From the NCBI GenBank assembly GCA_900769705.1, contig CAAGHP010000020.1, positions 7,600 through 71,599 of the forward strand: DNA of 64,000 bases, written 5' to 3'. Positions 57,484 to 64,000 of this stretch are shown piece by piece. Origin of the DNA: Alphaproteobacteria bacterium (GTDB lineage Bacteria; Pseudomonadota; Alphaproteobacteria; RF32; CAG-239). Within the stretch, counting starts at the first letter, position 1; every line of letters begins with the position of its first letter. Under the pieces are notes generated by a model. That model ran no database searches, had not been told where the DNA came from, and worked only from the letters and a program-made list of their open reading frames with translations. The translations under genes were made by a program, and so were the position numbers.

Positions 57484-58374
57484 ATGGAAAAACTTTGCAA
57501 AGGCGATAAAATTGCTTTAATTGCCCCATCGGCGCAAATCGGCGGCATTTCAAAAATTCAAAAAGGCTTAGATTTTCTGCAATCGCTGGGTTTCGAACCT
57601 GTTTTTGCTCCACACCTTTATAATGTGCACCGCTATATGGCCGGAACGGATAAAGAGCGAGCCGAGGATGTAAACTGGGCTTTTTCTCAGCCTGAGATTA
57701 AAGCTGTTTTTTGCGTGCGTGCAGCAGCCGGAGCAGCGCGAATTTTGCCTTATATTGACTATGAGCTGGTTAAGCAAAATCCTAAACCGCTAATCGGTTT
57801 TTGCGACAATGCCGCGTTAATGCTGGCGCTTAATAAAAAATCAGACACTATCAGCTGGAACGGTTTTCTACCAACATACGACTTTAGAGAAGGCACACTT
57901 AACCCGCTGGTTGAAAGCAGTCTTAGGCAGCTGATTTCCAATATGCCGCAAAAGATTATTTCGGGAAGCACGCTGCGGGTAGGCAAAACGGAAGGCACTT
58001 TTTTATGCAGCAATCTGAGTGTGCTGATGAAGCTTGCAGGTACGCCGTATTTTCCGGATTTACGCGGTAAGATTTTGCTGATTGAAGATGTGCATGAACG
58101 CCTCCATAAAATAGATTTAATGCTGCAGCAGTTGAAACAGCAGCCTTACTTTAAAGAGCTGCAAGGGATTATTTTAGGACATTTTACGGATTGCAGCGGA
58201 GATGAAGAAGACGGAACGCTGGATGACTGTTTTGCCGATTTTCTGTATAAAACAGATTTTCCATGCATCAAAGATTTTGAATTTGGCCACACTCCGGCGC
58301 GTTATGTTTTACCGCTTGGAGCAAATGCAAAGTTTGATGCGGATAAAACCTGTTTAGAAATTATCAGTTATTAA
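57484..58374 (+). CDS. ldcA: LD-carboxypeptidase (peptidase S66) homologue with Cys at the nucleophile position
   Basis: Collinear with LdcA: IALIAPS..., LIEDVHE (Glu), FGHTP (His). The nucleophile motif G-x-S-D reads GFCD. Confidence 0.75.
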   Translation: MEKLCKGDKIALIAPSAQIGGISKIQKGLDFLQSLGFEPVFAPHLYNVHRYMAGTDKERAEDVNWAFSQPEIKAVFCVRAAAGAARILPYIDYELVKQNPKPLIGFCDNAALMLALNKKSDTISWNGFLPTYDFREGTLNPLVESSLRQLISNMPQKIISGSTLRVGKTEGTFLCSNLSVLMKLAGTPYFPDLRGKILLIEDVHERLHKIDLMLQQLKQQPYFKELQGIILGHFTDCSGDEEDGTLDDCFADFLYKTDFPCIKDFEFGHTPARYVLPLGANAKFDADKTCLEIISY

Positions 58375-59037
58375 ACCGTAAATTTTTTCGGCATATTCAA
58401 AATTCAATTTATTTACAAGCTGCCAAAAGACATCAACTCCGGTCCAAGATTTGCTGGCAAAAGCCAAAATCATACCGTTGCTGAATAAGTTGGCTCCAAT
58501 AATTATCATACCGGAAAAAACAAATCCTTCTTTGCTTAAATCGGTCTGCTGCGGATGAACTTGTGTCAAAACCACCAGCCAATGATACGCCAAAAAATAG
58601 CCGAGTATGGCATAAATCAGCCAATTATCATCCGTAACCGCCTGCAAATACGGCATAATAAGCATATACATAAAGGCAAAAAGCGGAAAAAAATACGGCG
58701 ACAGCGAAATCAGCCAGTTACCGCGCCCGTTCAGCTGCATAGAACCGCCGCTTTCATCTGGATTTAAGCGGATTCGTCCGGCATAATGCAAAGTCAGATA
58801 AGCAAAAAACGCATGTGTCAGCTCATGTGAAATAACCTGCATGGCATTACGGGTAGTATAGCTTGATAAAAAAATTGTAATCCAAAAAAAAATAAAACCG
58901 ACCCCAACCACCAAAAATTTGAATGTATAAAAATCAAAATAATGATAAACATTCAGCAAAGCCGGTACTGAAAACAGCAAATAAAATGCCGCCGGCCACC
59001 GTAAAATATTTATAATAAAATCCGTTATTTTATGCAT
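58354..59037 (-). CDS. M50B-like membrane metallopeptidase
   Basis: ISHELTHAFFAYL...GRIRLNPDESGGSMQL resembles the Peptidase_M50B pattern (HELGH...IRLNPDGSG). Multiple TM helices. Confidence 0.6.
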   Translation of the reverse strand: MHKITDFIINILRWPAAFYLLFSVPALLNVYHYFDFYTFKFLVVGVGFIFFWITIFLSSYTTRNAMQVISHELTHAFFAYLTLHYAGRIRLNPDESGGSMQLNGRGNWLISLSPYFFPLFAFMYMLIMPYLQAVTDDNWLIYAILGYFLAYHWLVVLTQVHPQQTDLSKEGFVFSGMIIIGANLFSNGMILAFASKSWTGVDVFWQLVNKLNFEYAEKIYGLITDNF

Positions 59038-59113
59038 TTTTTCCTCAAATTTTAGATAAATTTTAACTTCAATATCCTAAAATAGACTTAACAATAATAG
59101 AAAGGACATAAAA

Positions 59114-59407
59114 ATGCCTGATTTTAATACTTTTGACTTTATGGTTACTGATGAAAATGATGTTATGCTGCTGCTTTATGCTCGTGAAACTGCGCCGGAA
59201 AACCCGACAGTAAAGCTCAATAAAGACGAACACAGCATCATCTTAACCCGCAGCCAAGAAGATGTTTTGACTCTTGAAGATGTCGAAGATGAGATTTTTG
59301 ACAATCTGCAAGATGACACTACATTATTGGTTTGTGAAATTGAACCTTCCGAAAATGAAGAAGATGCTGAAATAGTCTATACTTACGAAGCAGAAATTAT
59401 CGAATAA
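59114..59407 (+). CDS. Hypothetical small acidic protein
   Basis: 97-aa ORF, Asp/Glu-rich, no motif recognised. Confidence 0.5.
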   Translation: MPDFNTFDFMVTDENDVMLLLYARETAPENPTVKLNKDEHSIILTRSQEDVLTLEDVEDEIFDNLQDDTTLLVCEIEPSENEEDAEIVYTYEAEIIE

Positions 59408-59493
59408 TTAAATATACATACCAGAAAGTATATTTATTTTATTGAATTATTGCCTGATACAGACTATTATTTATGTTTGTGGAGGAATAAAAA

Positions 59494-59880
59494 ATGCGTA
59501 AAGCTTCATTTTTAATTTTATTGACAATGCTCTGCGCGCGCACTGCTGCCGCAGATACAATTATAATAATGGATGACAATAATAACATCAAACAGCAAGT
59601 ATATACCCTGCCAAATACTGCCGTGCAAACCACACCTGCTGTTCAAACTGTAGTTCAGCCGCAGCCGATTTATGTTACGGGGGCGCCTTTACCGCCGCAG
59701 CAGGTTATTGTTACACGTCCGGTTCCGCCGGTTGTGGTAGTTAGAGAAACACCTGCTCCGCGCAACTATTACTACGATTCAGCGGCAACTGCAGCTGTGG
59801 CCGGTTTTACCGGAGCACTGGTCGGCAGCGTTATCTTCGGCGGCGGACCTCATCACCACCATCACCATCATCGAAGATAA
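59494..59880 (+). CDS. Hypothetical exported/membrane protein with a P/V/Q-rich region and a C-terminal His7 tract
   Basis: Signal peptide MRKASFLILLTMLCARTAAA, a proline-rich middle, a Gly-rich hydrophobic segment, then ...GGGPHHHHHHHRR. A terminator follows. Confidence 0.6.
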   Translation: MRKASFLILLTMLCARTAAADTIIIMDDNNNIKQQVYTLPNTAVQTTPAVQTVVQPQPIYVTGAPLPPQQVIVTRPVPPVVVVRETPAPRNYYYDSAATAAVAGFTGALVGSVIFGGGPHHHHHHHRR

Positions 59881-59884
59881 ATTT

Positions 59885-59909
59885 AAAGAGGCTCTGAAGC
59901 CTCTTTTTA
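59885..59909 (+). terminator. Rho-independent terminator
   Basis: AAAGAGGCT (59885-59893), loop ctga, AGCCTCTTT (59898-59906), then a T-run. Confidence 0.85.
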
Positions 59910-60004
59910 TAATTTAAAATGCAGAACAAGCCGGCAAGCTCTGTCCGAATTGAAAAGCGGAGTTAAATTTAACCCCGCTTCATATTATCAATTATCCAAA
60001 AAAA

Positions 60005-60844
60005 TTATTTCTTTTCTTCATCAACAATCTTTTTGCCTTTTAAGTCAAATTTTTCAATTTGCGCATTTTGATGCAGTTCAGCAACAATTTGACCTACAGC
60101 CTGCTGAGACAGATTGCCTTTAATTTGTTCAGCCACAGCTTCAAAAGCCAACGGCTTAGAATCTCTGATATCTTCAACCAAAATTACATGATATCCGAAT
60201 TCTGTTTTAACAGGTTTCTGTGAGAAAGTACCTTTTTTCATGGCAAAAGCAGCTTCCGAAAATTCCGGAACCATAGCTTCAGCCGTAAAGTAGCCCAAAT
60301 CAGCCTGATCTTTAGAATATTGCTTAGCCAAATCATCAAACTTTGCAGATTTTTTATTCAATTTTTCAATAATTTCTTTAGCCAAATCTTCGGTATCAAC
60401 TAAAATATGCTTAGCTTTTACTTCTTTTTCGCTTTTAAAATTAGCAACATATTCGTCATAAACCTTTTTAACTTCTTCATCGGTAACTTTTTTAGTTAAT
60501 TGCTGGTCAATATAAACTTTGCGGGCTAAGTCATCTTGCATAACAGCCAATTCTTTCTGATATTCGGCCGATGCCTGAACATTAGCGGCTGTAGCGGCCT
60601 GCAAAGCTAATTTGCTGTTAATCATAACTTCCAAAGCACGGTTATAAAATTCCTCAAAAGAAACCTGCGTTTTGATTTGCGGTGTTCCTTCATAAGCTTC
60701 TTTGACTTCGGCAACGGTAATTTGTTCGCCGTTCACAACAGCGGCAATACCGTTATTTCTTTCGGCATATACTTTATAAGTAAAAGCACCGGCCAACAAA
60801 ACCACAACTGCTGCGGTTGCGGCAAAAACATATTTTTTTTTCAT
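60005..60844 (-). CDS. Parvulin-type peptidyl-prolyl isomerase (PpiC/SurA-like, membrane-anchored or exported)
   Basis: N-terminal hydrophobic segment; parvulin domain KAKHILV...FGYHVILVED. Confidence 0.85.
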   Translation of the reverse strand: MKKKYVFAATAAVVVLLAGAFTYKVYAERNNGIAAVVNGEQITVAEVKEAYEGTPQIKTQVSFEEFYNRALEVMINSKLALQAATAANVQASAEYQKELAVMQDDLARKVYIDQQLTKKVTDEEVKKVYDEYVANFKSEKEVKAKHILVDTEDLAKEIIEKLNKKSAKFDDLAKQYSKDQADLGYFTAEAMVPEFSEAAFAMKKGTFSQKPVKTEFGYHVILVEDIRDSKPLAFEAVAEQIKGNLSQQAVGQIVAELHQNAQIEKFDLKGKKIVDEEKK

Positions 60845-61005
60845 AAATTCCTCCTAAAATAAACAAATCGTTAATATCATATATACAATATAAATAAAAT
60901 TCAAAGGATTTTTTCGCAATGGTTTATAACTTTTGCTCTGGCTCTTGACTTTATAATATAATCAAACTAAATGTATTTTGAAACAATATATTATAAGGAA
61001 CTTCT

Positions 61006-63675
61006 ATGTTAGGAAAAATTGCCCGTAAAATTTTTGGCAGCGCCAATGACCGCTTTGTAAAAAAATTATATAAAACCGTAAATAAAATCAATGCCCTGGA
61101 GCCTGATTTTATCAAATTATCCGATGAAGAACTGAAAGCTAAAACCGATGAATACCGTACCCGTTTAAAAAACGGCGAAACATTGGACGATATTTTACCG
61201 GAAGCTTTTGCCACGGTGCGCGAAGCCTCTAAACGTGTTATGGGCCAGCGTCACTATGATGTGCAGCTGATAGGCGGTATTGTTTTGCATAAAGGCATGA
61301 TTGCCGAAATGAAAACCGGCGAAGGCAAAACATTGGTGGCAACCTTGGCTGCCTATTTGAATGCCTTAGAGGGCAAAGGCGTGCATGTTGTAACTGTAAA
61401 CGACTATTTGGCAAAACGTGACGCCGAATGGATGGGCAAGATTTACCGTTTCTTAGGCTTGACCGTAGACTATATTATTCACGGCAAAAATGACAATGAG
61501 CGCCGTATAGCCTATAATTCCGATATTGTTTATGCTACCAATAACGAACTGGGTTTTGATTATCTGCGCGATAATATGAAGTTCAGCTTATATGAAAGAG
61601 TTCAGCGTGATTTCAACTTTGCCATCGTCGATGAAGTTGACTCAATTTTGATTGATGAAGCCAGAACTCCGTTGATTATTTCCGGGGAAGCCGAAGATTC
61701 ATCGGCCACATACATAAGTGTTTCCAATTTAATGCCTCAGTTACTGCCGGAAGATTATGAAAAAGATGAAAAGCAAAAAAATGTAACCCTAACCGAAGCA
61801 GGTATGGAGCACGTTGAAAAATTACTGCGTGAAGCCGGACTTATTAAAGAAGGATCTTTGTATGATATCGGTAATGTCGGCTTGGTTCAGCACGTAAACA
61901 ACGCACTGCGCGCACATAAAATGTTCCAAAAAGACGTTGATTACATTGTAAAAGACGGCAAAGTTGTAATTGTGGACGAATTTACCGGCCGTATTATGGA
62001 AGGACGCCGCTTCAGCGATGGCCTGCATCAAGCCCTAGAAGCTAAAGAAGGTGTAAAAATTCAGTCCGAAAATCAAACTCTGGCTTCTATCACATTCCAA
62101 AACTACTTCCGTTTATATCCGAAACTTTCCGGTATGACCGGTACAGCAATGACTGAAGAAACAGAATTCTGCGATATCTACAACTTGGTTTGCGTTGAAA
62201 TTCCGACTAACAAACCGGTACAACGCGAAGATTTGCATGATGAAATTTATCGTACGGAAGGCGAAAAATACCGCGCGATTATCAACACTATTTTAGACTG
62301 CAACCGCCGCGGACAGCCGGTTTTGGTTGGTACAACTTCTGTTGAAAAATCTGAAATTGTGGCAAATTTATTGCACAAAGCCGCTCCAAATTTGCATTTT
62401 GAAGTCTTAAATGCCCGTTATCACGAACGCGAAGCCGCTATCGTAGCCCAAGCGGGTGTTTCAGGAGCTGTAACCATTGCCACCAATATGGCAGGCCGCG
62501 GTACGGATATTCAGCTGGGCGGCAATCCGGAAATGAAATTGCAAGAAACATTGAAAGGCGATGAAACTCCGGAACAGATTGCCGAAATTAAAAAGAAAAT
62601 AGAAGCTGAAGTTGCTGCCGACAAAGAAAAAGTTTTGGCTGCCGGCGGTTTATATATTCTCGGCACCGAACGTCATGAAAGCCGCCGTATTGATAATCAG
62701 CTGCGCGGACGCGCCGGACGTCAGGGCGACCCAGGAACTTCCAAATTTTTCCTGTCCATGCAAGATGATTTGATGCGTATTTTCGGTTCCGAAAAAATGT
62801 CTAATGTTTTGCAGCGCTTAGGCTTGCCTGAAGGCGAAGCTTTGGTTCACCCTTGGATTAGCAAAGCTTTGGAAAAAGCTCAGCAAAAGGTGGAAGAACG
62901 CAACTTTGACATCCGTAAAAATTTGCTTAAATATGACAATGTTATGAATGAACAGCGCAAAATCATTTATGAACAACGCCGCGAAATTATGGAAAGCGAT
63001 GATTTATCAGACACCATAAAAGATATGCGCGATGAATATTTGAGCGGAATAATCGACGCTCATGTTCCATACGGTACAGGCGCTTCCGAATGGAATAAAG
63101 AGAGTTTAAAACAAGATTTGTCGGCAGCTACCAGCTTTGTTTTGCCGATTACCAACTGGTGCAATGAGCCAGAACTTGACAGCGAAGGCTTAAAAGAACG
63201 CATTTTGCAGGAAGTTGATAACCGTATGGCTGAACGTGAGGCCGCTCTTCCGGCTGATGCAGTAAAAATGGTGCAGAAAAGCATCTTTTTGCAAGTTCTC
63301 GATCAACTGTGGAAAGATCATATTGCAACTCTTGATTTGATGCGTCACACTATTGTTTTACGCGCTTACGGGCAAAAAGACCCACTGAATGAATACAAAA
63401 AAGAAGCTTTTAATATGTTCTCACGCATGTTGGACATTTTAAAGCAGAAAGTAACGGTGGTTATCTGCCATACAGTTATTCAAACAAATTCGCAGGAACA
63501 GATGCAAAAGGCTATGGATAAAGAACAAAACCGTCCGATGTCGGCTGTTCATGAGGGCGACGAACCGCTTAAAAAACTTGATCCATCAATATTTGAAGGC
63601 GTTTCAAGAAATGATCCTTGCCCTTGCGGCAGTGGTAAAAAGTTTAAACATTGCCACGGCAGAATTGTGGAATAA
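61006..63675 (+). CDS. secA: Preprotein translocase ATPase SecA
   Basis: 889 aa; [39 protein letters not shown]-terminal zinc motif [14 protein letters not shown]. Confidence 0.98.
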   Translation: MLGKIARKIFGSANDRFVKKLYKTVNKINALEPDFIKLSDEELKAKTDEYRTRLKNGETLDDILPEAFATVREASKRVMGQRHYDVQLIGGIVLHKGMIAEMKTGEGKTLVATLAAYLNALEGKGVHVVTVNDYLAKRDAEWMGKIYRFLGLTVDYIIHGKNDNERRIAYNSDIVYATNNELGFDYLRDNMKFSLYERVQRDFNFAIVDEVDSILIDEARTPLIISGEAEDSSATYISVSNLMPQLLPEDYEKDEKQKNVTLTEAGMEHVEKLLREAGLIKEGSLYDIGNVGLVQHVNNALRAHKMFQKDVDYIVKDGKVVIVDEFTGRIMEGRRFSDGLHQALEAKEGVKIQSENQTLASITFQNYFRLYPKLSGMTGTAMTEETEFCDIYNLVCVEIPTNKPVQREDLHDEIYRTEGEKYRAIINTILDCNRRGQPVLVGTTSVEKSEIVANLLHKAAPNLHFEVLNARYHEREAAIVAQAGVSGAVTIATNMAGRGTDIQLGGNPEMKLQETLKGDETPEQIAEIKKKIEAEVAADKEKVLAAGGLYILGTERHESRRIDNQLRGRAGRQGDPGTSKFFLSMQDDLMRIFGSEKMSNVLQRLGLPEGEALVHPWISKALEKAQQKVEERNFDIRKNLLKYDNVMNEQRKIIYEQRREIMESDDLSDTIKDMRDEYLSGIIDAHVPYGTGASEWNKESLKQDLSAATSFVLPITNWCNEPELDSEGLKERILQEVDNRMAEREAALPADAVKMVQKSIFLQVLDQLWKDHIATLDLMRHTIVLRAYGQKDPLNEYKKEAFNMFSRMLDILKQKVTVVICHTVIQTNSQEQMQKAMDKEQNRPMSAVHEGDEPLKKLDPSIFEGVSRNDPCPCGSGKKFKHCHGRIVE

Positions 63676-63678
63676 CAG

Positions 63679-64000
63679 ATGAGTGAAAAAAAAGATTTGA
63701 ACGCTAATGAGCTGTTAATCGCTAAAAAAGAAAAACAGCGTAAAAAAGAACGGCTTCTGCAAAAAGTAAAAGAAATGCTGATTCTGCTTTTTGTAATAGC
63801 CGTCTTTGCCGGAGGCGGAGGATATTTTGCTGCTCAGTTTATGCAAAAGCGCTATGACTACCTGCAATATATAAAAAACTTAAATCAAACAACATTGGAA
63901 ATATCTCAACTGGTTGATAATATTCGCAACACTTATCTTATTGAACAAGATATTTCGGCCAAAGATTTGCAACAGTTGATAAAAATCGGCGCCATTCCGC
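63679..64000 (+). CDS. Hypothetical membrane-anchored protein (5' part; runs off the window)
   Basis: Not in the ORF track because no stop is reached. The ATG at 63679 lies 3 nt after the secA stop. Translation: MSEKKDLNANELLIAKKEKQRKKERLLQKVKEMLILLFVIAVFAGGGGYFAAQF..., with one TM helix. Confidence 0.5.
   Translation, partial: MSEKKDLNANELLIAKKEKQRKKERLLQKVKEMLILLFVIAVFAGGGGYFAAQFMQKRYDYLQYIKNLNQTTLEISQLVDNIRNTYLIEQDISAKDLQQLIKIGAIP

Overview
Gene-dense, low-GC chromosomal segment that looks alphaproteobacterial, judged from the Asd, L2, DUF2155, RHH_4 and XRE-type sequences and from the secA/parvulin divergent pair. I did everything by eye from the sequence and the ORF track, with no database search. 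About 75 CDS and 4 tRNAs are supportable. Core content on the minus strand at 1-3700 is the S10 ribosomal-protein operon (rpsJ-rplC-rplD-rplW-rplB-rpsS-rplV-rpsC). Other housekeeping genes are trmB, lptG, cysK, gmk, tag, adk, secY, pntAA/AB/B, cysS, gltX, map, RNase J, alaS, ackA-pta, secA, and the tRNAs Ser(CGA), Trp(CCA), Pro(UGG) and Thr(CGU). Envelope and lipid-transport genes are MlaC, two tandem MlaD, DUF2155, an ABC ATPase with an ABC-2::GldG fusion and a DUF4340-like gene, an EptA-like transferase, an MscK-like channel, and a Mur-ligase plus LD-carboxypeptidase pair. I found no rRNA, transposase, integrase, CRISPR/cas or recognisable defence gene. No complete novel system can be demonstrated from sequence alone. 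The places most worth a second look are listed here. (1) An AT-rich orphan islet at about 5.7-8.6 kb with several tiny membrane ORFs and a 319-aa ORFan. (2) Two tandem cysteine-rich prepilin-like paralogues with no assembly genes nearby. (3) An Asd homologue that has lost all catalytic residues. (4) An LD-carboxypeptidase with Cys in place of the Ser nucleophile, next to a MurC-like ligase. (5) A 23-nt duplication of the tRNA-Pro 3' end. (6) A structured repeat region of about 330 bp downstream of tRNA-Ser. (7) An ABC-2::GldG fusion cluster divergent from a tandem MlaD pair.
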